Positions 52,428 to 64,000 of a stretch of DNA of 64,000 nt are shown here, one piece after another. The notes beneath the pieces are model-generated. The model was given only the letters and a program-made list of their open reading frames with translations. It did no database searches and had not been told where the DNA came from. This DNA comes from Squalus acanthias. Its lineage: Eukaryota. The stretch lies in contig CM059431.1 of the NCBI GenBank assembly GCA_030390025.1, positions 154,442,001 through 154,506,000 of the forward strand, written 5' to 3'. Made by a program: the position numbers and the translations under genes. Position 1 is the first letter of the stretch. The number at the start of each line of letters is the position of its first letter.

Positions 52428-52582
52428 GCAAAATACTGCGGATGCTGGAAAAATTCTGACGAATTGTCCTCGACCCGAAAAGTTCTGACAATGGGTCCTC
52501 GACGGGAATGCATTACAGCTGTTTCTTTCTCCTCGATGCTGCCTAAATTGCTGAGTGTTTCCAACATTTTCTGTTTTTATTT
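52428..52582 (+). mobile_element. Short Penelope terminal fragment with two tandem degenerate hammerhead cores
   Basis: ctgacga...gtcctcgacccgaaa followed by ctgacaa-tgggtcctcgac; ends ttccaacattttctgtttttat like other PLE ends. Confidence 0.7.
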
Positions 52583-52734
52583 CTCACCCATTATCACTCG
52601 CACTGTGTCTTTTTCTCTTTCATGTCTTTATCACTCTCTCTCTCTCTCTCTCGTTCTGCAATGCAAAATAGAACAGCGTTTAGTAATACCAGCTAAGTTA
52701 CCTCATGAGCCCCTTTGCAAAAAGAAGTTCCCGC

Positions 52735-52806
52735 GCCAGGATGACCGAGTATTTGAGTTGTTGGACTTAAGATCCCGTCAGCACATGTTCAACCCCCGCT
52801 CCTTTA
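52735..52806 (+). pseudogene. Degenerate tRNA-Leu(TAA)-like sequence
   Basis: gccaggatgaccgagt...gttggacttaagatcc...gttcaacccccgctcct follows vertebrate tRNA-Leu-TAA; D-loop, variable arm and acceptor stem are damaged. Confidence 0.65.
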
Positions 52807-53339
52807 TTTAGTAATGAGTTTCATGTTTAAATTCGCATCTGCTTTTTACAAATTTACTTACCCTGCATTAAAGTAACGTGTGTTATAAAATCAATGCAGT
52901 TAAAATAATTACCAGGATACCACAATACATAGTTCAAGATTCATTAATGTCCTTAAGGGAAGGAAATCTGCCGTCTTTACATGCTCAGGCCTATATATGT
53001 TTCCAAACACAAAGCAACGTGATTGACTCTAAACGGCCCTCTAAAATGGTCCTAACAAGTCCCTCAATTGTAATAAACAACTACGAAAATCAATAACAAG
53101 AATATAAACAGACGGATCACTCTTCATTGGCCAAGGCACCGGATTCGCACACGAAAAAGGCTAACTTAGCCCAGACGACCCTGCATATTCCTCCTCACTA
53201 ACATCTGGGGAGTTGTGACAACATTCGGAAAGATGTCCCACAGACTGTTCAAGTAACAGCCTGACATATTCATACTCAAAAAATCATACCTTTCATCCAA
53301 CGTTCCAGAGTGCTCCATCAACGCTTCCACATCGTTACT

Positions 53340-53762
53340 TCTGTCCCCCAACGATCTATCCTTGGACCCTTCCTATTTCTCATCTACATGCTGCCCCGTG
53401 ACGACTCTATCCGAAAACATAGCGTCAATTTCCACATGTAGACTAGCGACACCCAGCTCTAACTATTCAACACTTCTCTCTACCCGTCCACAATCTCTAA
53501 ATTGTCAGACTGCTTATCCGACATCCAGTTCTGAATGAGCAGATTTTTTATTCAATTAAATATTGGGAAGAGCAAAGCCGTTGTTTTCAGTCCCCATCAC
53601 AAACTCCGTTCCCTAGCCATTTACTTCAGCCCTCTCCCTAACATCTATCTGAGGCTGAACCACACTGTTTGCATACTCGGTGTCATATTTGCCCCTGAAA
53701 TGAGCTTCCAACCACATATCCACAGCTTAACTAAGAATGCCTTTTTCCACCTCTGCAACATC
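53340..53762 (+). mobile_element. L2 LINE RT fragment
   Basis: Degenerate [17 protein letters not shown]...FHMYADDTQL-like reading. Confidence 0.75.
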
Positions 53763-55275
53763 GCCACTGAATGGATGGTATCTAACTTATCGAAAAAGAA
53801 CTCCATGAGCTCCTCACACTCATTGTTGTATGTGAAGATGGAGGAGAGAGGAGAGTGTGATTTATGAAGACGGTTAGCAGTAGAGAGTAGAAGCCAGGGT
53901 TTATCTTTGCATTCCAGATTGATTCGGGAACAGTGAGCAGTTTTGGCAGACGAGAGCAGGACCCCACCATGCCTTATGCGGTCCAGACAGATCTTGCTCA
54001 GCTGATGAAACAGTACACTTCCACGTTGAATACCACTTAGGAGAAGCTCTGATGGTAGCAAGGGCACCGAACGTAGTCTGGCTTGAGGACTCCAATGTCC
54101 TTTACCAAAAGTGGCTCGGTAGCATCTCTACTGACAGTGCTCTCTGTGTCCTGAAGGACATAGCTGCCAGATTTAGCCTGCTGCAAATGGTGAGAGATCA
54201 ACAGGAGGGAAAAACCTACTTGACCTCGTCCTCATCAATCTAACTGTCGCAGATGCATCTTTCCATGACAGTATATGTAAGAGTTACAACCGCACAATCT
54301 ATGTGGAGACAAAGACTCGTCTTCACACTGAGGACACTCTGCATCGTGTTGTGTAGCTCTACTACCGTGCTAAATGGGTGAGATACAGAACAGATCTAGC
54401 AGCTCACAACTGGGTATGCATGAGGCGTTGTGGGACATCAACAGCAGCAGAATTGTATAACACCGCAATATTCAAACTCATGGCCCGGCATATCCCTCAC
54501 ACTACCCTTACTAGCAATTCAGGGGACCAATCTCGGTTCAATGAGGAGTGCAGACGAGCATGCCAGGAGTTCCTGAAATGAGTTGCCAAACTGGTGAAGC
54601 TACAACACAGGACTACATGGGCCTTGAATTTGCTGTTGGATGCAATCTCCTGAGTATGCCTCCGAAACTTGAAATATTTCTGTACTTAACTCCTCGCTCC
54701 ACAGCTATAGAGAGCTCCCATCTCGGGCGTTTGCCTGCATGAAGGCCCTAGGATCCCAGAGGCAAACGCGGTTATCAAGCCTCCCTTGGATCACGTGGGC
54801 CTGGCAAACCAATCAGAAAGGGGGATTCCTATGATGTTTATGGTGATTCCATTTAGGGTTGTGTAGCTCTGCTACGGGATCCCCATAAGCATATTGGAAA
54901 TCCCCAAATAAATAAAAAAATCACACCACATAAACAAAAAATATATGTTCCCATGTTGAAAATTAATTACAGACAATTGAATTGTGCATTTAAATTAAAA
55001 AATTAACTTTTTGAAAAATATATTTAAACATTTTAAAACGGGTCAAAATTTACCTAAATAAAATTTAAATGAATGTGTATGTTTTAAGCATTTAAACAAT
55101 TTAATTGAAACATTTATTTTCAACCTTATGCTGGTAAAAGAAGGCCTGATGCCTACCAGGCATAATGGTTTCGTGGGCTTTCGGTGGGCAATAGTTGTAC
55201 AAATTGGTCAACTCTGCACCAGCGAGTATTTTGCCGTGAATGTAAAAGACTATCAATGCGAAATTTGACAGATAT

Positions 55276-56762
55276 TGTCCTGTAATTTCCGATAGGAGGC
55301 TTCCTGTGTGCGCATGCCTCCTATCGGAAAAAGACTTGCGCTCTTACCTGAGGGCTCCCGTGGTTCGGACACTTCCGATGCTGGGCCGCTCCACAGTCGA
55401 AATGCGCAGGGCCCACGTATCCCAGGGGTGCTTGCGAGTCGCAAGCGTCCCTGGGATCACGTGTGTCAGGCGAGCCAATGAAGGATGGGAATCTCCCTTC
55501 ATACATTTGATAGACCTTTCAGAAGTATGAATGGAGATCATCCCCAGAAGACACTTAAACATTAAATAATTCAAAAAAAACTTCACTTTTTAAAAAGACT
55601 AAAATTACATTAATTAAATATTTTAAACAAACATGTAATTTTTGATAAAAAATAATTAAAGCTTTCTACGGGGCTAAAAATAAGCTTACCATTTTAAAAA
55701 GTATTTTTAAATTATAAAGTAGTGAAATTTTTGTTTTAACTTTTTTAAACACTAATGCTGGCAAAGCAGGTCGGTTTTTTATCAGGCATAAGATGTCAAA
55801 GGCTTTTCACCTTGCGGAGGTTCTGCAGAAAGGATAAATCTCTGCCCACTGAGGCCCTTCTCCTGGGCAGACGTACGATCTATGAAGAGCATTCCTGATA
55901 GATATGGGCCCAGAAATTAAAGACGGAGCCTTCCTGTGGGGGTAAGGCTTCCCCGCGATATCTCACTGCGTGCCTGCCTTTTCCTTCCGAGCTCACACGA
56001 ACTTTAGTTCCAAGACTGCAGCTGTGCAGTGTGTGCGTATCCCACAGACGCAGTGAATTCGTGCGAGCTGTGGGATCACGTGATTCAGTTAGAGCCAATG
56101 GCAGCACACCATCTTTCATTCATAGTTTTCACAGCAAGGGCTGTCAAAGCTATGAATCTATACCTCCCCAAAAGAACAGCTAAACCTCAATTAAATTAAA
56201 AAAAAAAATAACATTAATAAAATAAGTATAGTTAAATAAATTAACCACTTTAAACAAAAAATTAAATTATTGAAAAAATGTAAAATCTTTTTAAAAGTTA
56301 TACAAATAAACTTACATTTCTTTAATGTCTCTAAAAAATGTATACCTGTTGAAAAAAATTCAAAGTAATACTTAATTAACTACTTACCTTGTTAAAAGAG
56401 GGTCTGACGCCTCCTTTCTTTATGTGCAAAATCTTCCATGCTTACCTGCGCGTTCAAAGCACTAAGTGCACTGCGTGCGCGCAGCCTGTAGCGCGCACGC
56501 GGTTCACTTCGGAACCGCCCCCTTTTGAAATCATCAAGTGCCGGTTTTCAGCTCATGCGCAGTGCATGCAGAAAACCGGCAATTGGAGAGAGAATACGCG
56601 AGAGTACACAGTGCGTACTCTCGCGTACTGAGACTAATTTTTGGGCCAAAAAATGCCGGTTTTCAGCGCACGCGCTTCTCTTGCCTGAAACCGGCATTTC
56701 CGATATCCCTACGGGTGTGTATACAGCTCGTACACACCAGTAGTCATCGGAAAATAAGGGCC
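55276..56762 (+). mobile_element. MITE family B (middle layer)
   Basis: Start matches the reverse complement of the 63591 terminus; ends atcggaaaataagggcc. Confidence 0.82.
55907..56647 (+). mobile_element. MITE family A (inner layer)
   Basis: TIRs ggcccagaaatt / aatttttgggcc; collinear with 27583-28305. Confidence 0.9.
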
Positions 56763-57260
56763 AATATGTTCCAGCTTTTCGCGCATGTGCAGCACATGCC
56801 GAAAATCTGAAACTTGCTGGGCCTTTCACAAGTCTTCCGACTGCTCACGCTGTGTGTACCCTGCCGAAACCACCATAATTTCGGGCCCTACATTCTTGCT
56901 AAACAGCGGGAGCAGCAGTCCATATACAGAACTAAGCACTCGCACAAACAACGGTTGGGATAAAAGCTCTGCCATCCTGCCACATCCAGTCGTGAATGGT
57001 GGTGAACAATTGCGGATATAACAACAGGAGAAGGCGGAGCCCAGTGCGTGAGTGCAAAAAGTCAAGACCGAATTCCGACCATCAACATTCTGGTGTTCAG
57101 CATTGACCAGAAACTTAACTGCACCAACCACAAAAATACTGTGGCTACAAGAGAAGGTCTGAGGTTGGGTAGTCTGAGGTACTGGCTCACATTCCGATTC
57201 CCCAAATACTTTACATATCTACAAGGCACAAGTCGGGAGTGTGATGGAATAAACCCACTT

Positions 57261-57368
57261 GCTTGGATTAATGTAGCTCCAACAACAGCTTGGATTAATG
57301 TAGCTCCAACAACAGCTTGGATTAATGTAGCTCCAACAACAGCTTGGATTAATGTAGCTCCAACAATA
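57261..57368 (+). repeat. 27-bp tandem repeat, 4 copies, inside a LINE fragment
   Basis: (gcttggattaatgtagctccaacaaca)x4, essentially perfect. Confidence 0.97.
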
Positions 57369-57433
57369 CTCGAGAAGGTCGACACCATCCAGGATAATGC
57401 AGCACGCTTGATTGGCACCCCTTCCAGCACCTT

Positions 57434-57735
57434 AACCAGACAGCTCCGCCCAGAGACAGACCCCATGTTTTATCCAGTGACCCCAGGGCAGTCGGTCGGC
57501 TCGTTATCAGAACTGAACAGACCTTCCTCACTTTTCCTTGCACCAGACACCGAACAATATCAGAAACTTCACACTTCCACTCAGGATCCAAACAATGATA
57601 CTCAGATGCAGCTTTTTTGTGCTGATCATTGAAATCAACTTCTTTTCAAATTCATCCAAACCATCAAATATCGTAAACACACTTCTTTTTTTTGTTTTAG
57701 CCTGGTTCATGGAGATAGCCTAAAGGAAATCGAGA
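57434..57735 (-). pseudogene. NLR gene 2, NACHT fragment (Walker B to sensor 1)
   Basis: VFTIFDGLDEF, frameshift, DPEWKCEVSDIVRCLVQGKVRKVCSVLITSRPTAL, then a WAELSG remnant. Confidence 0.88.
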
Positions 57736-57740
57736 GAGCT

Positions 57741-57925
57741 GCCTAGAAATCCGTTGCGGCCGTTGACGCAAAGCTGGCGGTATCGAATCGGCTGCCTGTT
57801 ATACGCAGCGCCTGATATTCAGTTCTATTGCAGTCAATGGAGCGGAATATAAGACACTGCGTATAACAGGCGGCCGAGCCGAGACCGCCCGTTTATCGGC
57901 ACCGCCCGAGACAAATTTCTAGGCC
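57741..57925. mobile_element. ~185-bp fold-back (palindromic) MITE
   Basis: gcctagaaat / atttctaggc termini; ggcggt...cggctgcctgttatacgcag pairs with ctgcgtataacaggcggccg...accgcc. Confidence 0.88.
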
Positions 57926-57935
57926 AATTAATTTT

Positions 57936-60725
57936 GGTACTTGGGACTACGATGTGGTGGCCATTACGGAGACATGGTTAGAACAGGGACAGGAATGGTT
58001 GTTGGAAGTTCCGGGGTATAGATGTTTCAGTAAGAGTAGGGAAGTTGGTAAGAAAGGTGGAGGAGTAGCATTGTTAATCAAGGATAGTTTAACAGCGGCA
58101 GAAAGGCAGTTCGAGGGGGATCTGCCGTCTGAGGTAATATGGGCTGAAGTTAGAAATAGGAAAGGAGCGGTCACGTTGTTAGGTATTTTCTACAGGCCCC
58201 CAAATAGTAATAAAGATGTGGAGGAAGAAATTGCAAAGCAGATTATGAATAGGTGTGGAGGTCACAGAATAGTTGTCATGGGTGACTTCAACTTTCCAAA
58301 TATTGATTGGAACCTTTATAGGTCAAACAGTTCGGATGGGATAGTTTTTGCACAGTGTGTGCAGGAGGGTTTCCTGACACAATATGTGGATAGGCCGACA
58401 AGAGGTGGGGCCACGTTGGATTTGGTACTGGGTAATGAACCGGGCAAAGTGTTTGATTTGTATGTGGGAGAGCACTTTGGAGATAGTGACCACAATTCGG
58501 TAACTTTCACTATTGCAATGGAGAGGGATAGGGCCATACGGCAGGGCAGGGTTTATAATTGGGGGAGGGGTAATTATGATGCGATTAGGCAAGAATTAGG
58601 GAGTATAAAATGGGATTAGAAACTATCAGGGAAAGGCACAAACGAAAAGTGGAGCTTTTTCATGGAGCAATTACTGCATGTCCTTGATAGGTATGTCCCT
58701 GTCAGGCAGGGAGGAAATGGCCGAGTGAGAGAACCATGGTTCACAAAAGAGGTTGAATGTCTAGTCAAGAGGAAAAAGGAAGCGTATGTAAGGATGAGAA
58801 AACAAGGTTCAGTTGGGTCGATTGAGGGGTACAAGGTAGCAAGGAATGAGCTAAAAAAAGAGCTTAGGAGAGCTAGGAGGGGGCATGAGAAGTCCTTGGC
58901 GGGTCGGATCAAGAAAAACCCCAAGGCTTTTTACTCTTATGTGAGAAATAAAAGAATGACCAGGGTGAGGGTAGGGCCGGTCAAGGACAGTAGTGGGAAC
59001 TTGTGCATGGAGTCAGAAGAGATAGGAGAGGTGATGAATGAATACTTTTCGTCAGTGTTCACCGAGGAGAGGGGCCATGTTCTTGAGGATAAGAGTGTGA
59101 TAAAGGTGGATAGGCTGGAGGTGGTAGATGTTCTGAGGGAAGATGTTTTAGCAATTTTGAAGAACCTGAGGGTCGATAAGTCCCCTGGGCCAGATGGGAT
59201 ATATCGTAGGATTCTTTGGGAGGCAAGGAGATTGCAGAGCCTCTGGCTTTGATCTTTGGGTCCTCACTGTCCACGGGGATGGTGCCAGAGGACTGGAGAG
59301 TGGCGAATGTTGTTCCTCTCTTCAAGAAAGGAAATAGGAATGACCCTGGTAATTATAGGCCGGTTAGTCTTACTTCGGTGGTTGGTAAGATAATGGAAAA
59401 GGTCCTGAGGGATAGGATTTATGACCATTTGGAAAGGGGCAAATTAATCAGGGATAGTCAACACTGATTCGTGAAGGGTAAGTCTTGCCTAACAAATTTG
59501 ATTGAATTCTTTGAGGAGGTAACCAAGTGTGGAGATGAAGGTAGAGCAGTTGATGTCGTATACATGGATTTTAGTAAGGCATTTGATAAGGTTCCCCATG
59601 GTCGTCTCATGAAGAAAGTAAGGAGTTGTGGGATAGAGGGAAATGTGGCCGATTGGATACTAACTGGCTATCTCATAGAAGGCAGAGGGTGGTGGTGGAT
59701 GGAACATTTTCGGACTGGAGACCAGTTACCAGCGGTGTGCCACAGGGGTCGGTGCTGGGTCCTCTGCTGTTTGTGATTTTTATCAATGACTTGGAGGAGG
59801 GGACTGAATGGTGGATCAGTAAATTTGCTGATGACACCAAGATTGGCGGAGTAGTGGATGAGGTGGAGGGCAGTTGTAGGCTGCAAAGAGACATTGATAG
59901 GATGCAGAGCTGGGCCAAAAAATGGCAGATGGAATTTAACACTGATAAGTGCGAGCTGATTCATTTTGGTAGGGCAAATTTGAATAAGGATAACAGGGTC
60001 AACGGCAGGGTTCTGAGGAACGTGGAAGAGGAGAGGGATCTTGGGGTTCATATCCACAGATCTCTGAAGGTTGCCACTCAAGTGGATAGAGCAGTAAAGA
60101 AGGCTTATGGTGTGTTGGCGTTTATTAACAGAGGGTTTGAGTTTAAGAACCGTGAGGTTATGCTGCAACTGTACAGGACCTTGGTGAGATCACATTTGGA
60201 ATATTGTGTGCAGTTCTGGTCACCTCACTATAGGAAGGACGTGGAAGCATTCGAAAGAGTGCAAAGGAGATTTACCAGGATGCTGCCTGGTTTGGCGGGG
60301 AGGTCTTATGAGGAAAGATTGAGGGAGTTGGGGCTTTTCTCTTTAGAGCGGAGGAGGTTGAGAGGCGACTTAATAGAGGTTTATAAGATGATGAGGGGGA
60401 TAGATAGAGTGGATGTTCAGAGACTATTTCCTCGTGTAGAGGCAGCTGTTACAAGGGGGCATAACTATAAGGTGCATGGGGGGAGATATAGAAGGGATGT
60501 CCGAGGTAGATTCTTTACTCAGAGCGTGGTTGGGGTGTGGAATGGACTGCCTGCTGTGATAGTGGAGTCGGACATTTTAGGAACTTTCAAGCGGTTATTG
60601 GATAAGCACATGGAGCACACCAGAGTGATAGGGAGTGTGATAGCTTGATCTTGGTCTCGGACAATGCTCGGCACAACATCGGGGGCCGAAGGGCCTGTAC
60701 TGTGCTGTACTCTTCTATGTCTATG
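57936..60725 (+). mobile_element. CR1 LINE, near-complete ORF2 (APE + RT), few disruptions
   Basis: ORFs 57954-58619, 58662-59252, 59471-59776, 59626-60648; TSD taatttt at 57929-57935 and 60726-60732. Confidence 0.96.
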
Positions 60726-60726
60726 T

Positions 60727-61875
60727 AATTTTCATGGACAGCAGTTCAACCATGTCTTCCTTTTCAAACTTCAAGAATTGAATAACACGGGAAAGATCAC
60801 ATGTCTGAACCAAGTGATTCTTGATTGATGCCCATTTTTTCGCAGAACTATCTTCGGAGAGTCTGGAAAGAAGAGAATCATTTAGAAATTGAACAATTAT
60901 TTACCTGGGTGCACTTAATTGTCTTGTGATCTTGGTGTTCATTGAGGAGGAAAGAAGATAATATTTGAAGAAATATTTTGGAGAGGAAAAATGTGCAGCT
61001 GAACACTTTGCTTAAGTTGTGGACATTGCTATCCTATACATCCTGTACAATAATCTTCGCTACTGTCGCATCCTTTGTTCTACTCTAAGGCCTCACTCGA
61101 AACAGCGCAAATGATTCGATGCACAGCTGGATGAAACTATCTCTGATCTATTTTTAAACGACATCGCTGCTCTTTTAAAACAATGATGGTGTGATGTTCA
61201 AAACCAACGCGAACGTTTAGAAAAAATAGTGCGATTGTTAATGAAGGTTTGTGGCATTTTAATGAGATCATTTTAGTAGCCACGGTATCAAAACTTCTTA
61301 GATCACCAATGGTTTTGTGATGTAAATTCTGGTGAAAGATACCACTACCAAGACTGTTGTCCACACATTCTCTCACCTCTCCACAAAATAGTTTCTCGCA
61401 GCTCTCTCAATCCTTCTGAAGTCACTCCACAAGTTATGAAACACATTCCGAATAACGCTTACAGTAACAGTGATGGTCGTTTGGAGATATTTCTTTATTG
61501 GTCTCTCTTCGCCTTCTCCAGTATGATTTGGGTTCATTTCTTCATAGTTCAGCAAAGTAGGTCAACGTTATGCTGAATGCGCCGCAGGTACAAACTTTTG
61601 AAAAACGTGCACAATCCCGAGAACAAAAGAAACCTCCTGGACACATTCTATCTCCTGTATGAATTTCAGGACAAGAACCTAATGTGAGAGCTAATTGGAT
61701 CAATGAAGAAAATGGAATTATTTGGTGTTGCATTGTAATTGATAGACTGCAGAGTACTACCGACATTCTTAGAGCCCTGTGAGATGATCGAGGAAGTGAA
61801 CCTAGTTTACATTGCAATCGAAACTGAACACATCCAGAGGGTTCTACTAGTGTTACTCAAATGCAAAAAGCTCAG
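60727..61875 (+). pseudogene. NLR gene 3, heavily decayed NACHT exon with internal deletions
   Basis: QQFNHVFLFKLQELN..., VILVFIEEERR*YLKKYFGEE...ILYILYNNLRYCRILC, KRNLLDTFYLLYEFQD...IDCRVL...LLKCKKL R|gtattt; many stops. Confidence 0.87.
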
Positions 61876-62299
61876 GTATTTTTTATCAATTCTGGAAAAA
61901 TCCATTCAAGTTTGCTGAATTGTAGCCTTCCAAACGTGAGGGATTAATATTGGACATGAGCGGGAGCACAGAACAGCTGGAATCGCATCGGTCGCACGTT
62001 ATACTTTGGCCTCAATAGAACTGTATATGCGGCGTGTCGTAAAGCGGCCGAAAAATGCGATTCCACCTGTTTTCGGTCATCGCCAATTTCCAATTTGTCC
62101 ATGATTTCTAGCTTTCCTTTAGGATATCTGCTTGAACCAATATAAAACATAAACTGGTTTGTGATTATGGAAATGAATTCGGATGAAAACAATGTTGAAA
62201 TTTGTACATTACACGTCGTATAAAGTTGTACTAGAACTCAAACAGTTTCGACAAAATGTAGGCAGCGCTTAAAAGCTATCCCGTAAACTGCTACAACAT

Positions 62300-63591
62300 T
62301 GTTGCAGAAATTCCGATCCCTACGGGTGGGTACGCTCTGTGTAGTCACCCGCAGGGACATCGCAAATGCCGGTTTCAGGCATGCACTGTGCATGCGCTGT
62401 AAACAGGCACTTCCGATCTGTCAAGAAAGCTATTGACAGATCCTGCGGCTGCCCTGGAGAAGGGCCTTTGCGTGATGAGATTTCTGTTTTTTAGAGACCC
62501 TCCGCCCGCAGAAAATAGTTACAATTCTTGCGCCTGGTAAAAGAATTACCAGGAACAGAGTTGAATAAAGTGAGAGAAAAAATTATCCCCTGACTTATCA
62601 TTTAAAAATACTCCAAAAAGGTAAGTTTATGTTTTAGCCCCGTTAAAAACTTTAATTATTTTTTTCAAAAATGCAAATTTTTGTTTAAAATAGTTAATTT
62701 ATGTAATTTCAAGTCATTTTAAAAATGTGATTTTTAAAAACAATGTATTTAAAGTTTTACCCTGTTTTGGGGTTGATCTCTAATCATATATTTGACAGGT
62801 CGGCCCGTCAAATGTATGAAGGGAGAATCCCTTCTCTGATTGGCTGCCCGTGGCCCACGTGATCCCAGGGACCCTGCGATCCGCCTGCGCCCCTGGGATA
62901 CGAGGGCCCCACACACCGGCAGTTTGGAGAGGCCCTGTTGCGGAACTTTGCCCCTCCCGGGAGCCGTCCGGTCTTGGCGCAGATTTTTCGAGATCGCAGC
63001 ACTCAGCCCGCGGGAGGCCTGCAATCGGAATTTCTGGGCCCGGACGCCTGCCCTGGATAAGAGCCTCTGCGGGTGGAGAGTTCCGCTTTCTGCAGAAATG
63101 CTACGCCTGGTAAAAGATAAAATAAAAATGTTCACTCATTTATAATTTAAAAATACTTTTAAAAAAGGTATGTTTATTTTTAGCCCCGTAAAAATCCTTA
63201 ATTATTTTCTTTCAAAGAATTTCATTTTTGTTTAAAATATTTAATTTGAAGTAATTTTAAATCATTTTAAAAAAGTGATGTTTTATTTTAATTTAGTTAA
63301 TGATTTAGTGTCTTTTTTTCAGTGATCACCATTCAGACTTTTGACAGTTCTTTCCTTCAAATGTAAAAAGAGTGTTTCCCTTCTTTCTTTGGCTCGACTG
63401 GCCCACTTAATCCCAGGGACGCTTGCGAAACGCATGCGCCCCTGGGGTACATGAGCCCTGCGCATTTCGACTGTGGAGAGACCCAGCATCGGAAGTGTCC
63501 GGACCTCGGGAGCACTCAGGTAATGGCGTAAAAATTTTTCCCGTTAGGAGGCATCCGCACTCAGGAAGCTTCCATCGGAAATGACGGGCCC
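62300..63591 (-). mobile_element. Two adjacent family B MITEs (62300-63041 and truncated 63042-63591)
   Basis: Two gggccc-ending TIRs at 63041 and 63591; both bodies are reverse-complement matches to 55276-56762. Confidence 0.82.
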
Positions 63592-64000
63592 TTAAATCTG
63601 TGTTCTCTGGTTCTCGACCATTCCGATAATGGGAACAGTTTCTCTCTATTTACTCTGTCAGGACCCCTCATGATTTTCAACACCTCTATAAAATCTCCTC
63701 TCAACCTTCTCTGCTCCAAAGAGAACAAACCTAGCTTTCTACCCTATCCACGTAATTGAAGTCCCTCATCCCTGGAACAATTATCGTAAATATTTTCTGC
63801 ACCCTCACTGAGGCCTCCAAACCGTTCCTAAAGTGCGGTGCCCAGAATTGGACGCAATACTCCAGTTGAATCCAAACCAGTGTTTTATAAAATTCATGAT
63901 ACCTTCCTTGCTTTTGCACTCCATGCCTCTATTTATGATGCCCAGGATCCTGTATGCTTTTCTAACCGCATTCTCAACCGGGTCTGCCATTTTCAACGAC
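63592..64000 (-). mobile_element. CR1 ORF2 C-terminal fragment
   Basis: YKTLVWIQLEYCVQFWAPHFR. Confidence 0.85.

Larger units (their letters stand above)
54619..56888 (+). mobile_element. Outer MITE (family C) containing nested B and A elements
   Basis: TIRs gggccttgaatt / aatttcgggccc; tacat on both flanks. Confidence 0.8.
54000..57433 (+). mobile_element. CR1/L2-group LINE fragments (endonuclease to C-terminus) hosting the nested MITE stack
   Basis: The reading caggactacat at 54608 resumes at 56889; INIL...DQKLN and DTIQDNAARLIGTPS remnants. Confidence 0.7.

Noticed and set aside
57434-57735. The Walker B piece as the excised and inverted missing part of NLR gene 3
   Set aside because: It overlaps segments still present at ~60895-60940 and differs in sequence, so it comes from another paralog
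61137-61817. Minus-strand ORFs as a novel or Mab-21/cGAS-like gene
   Set aside because: The + strand is a clear decayed NACHT exon; these are antisense shadows

Overview
Vertebrate genomic DNA, most likely from a cartilaginous fish (shark). That call rests on the repeat types (CR1 LINEs, V-SINE/HE1-type and Deu-domain SINEs, Penelope-like elements) and on the NLR exon sequences. It is not prokaryotic and contains no CRISPR array. Most of the window is transposable elements and repeats: nested CR1 LINEs, L2/CR1-group fragments, a near-complete Penelope-like element, short hammerhead-bearing Penelope ends, nested TIR-bounded MITEs with AT-rich 3-bp TSDs, and a 4.7-kb 27/34-bp minisatellite. Between them lie decayed exons of at least three NACHT-LRR (NLR) immune-receptor genes. 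The most notable structure is one + strand NLR pseudogene (~6.1-31.3 kb). Its N-terminal death-fold/CARD-like domain is encoded by a two-exon, phase 1-to-1 module tandemly amplified at least three times as a ~4.6-kb genomic unit, and LINE presence/absence at homologous sites records the duplication history. No intact cellular gene could be supported. All family assignments come from my recognition of motifs, not from database searches.
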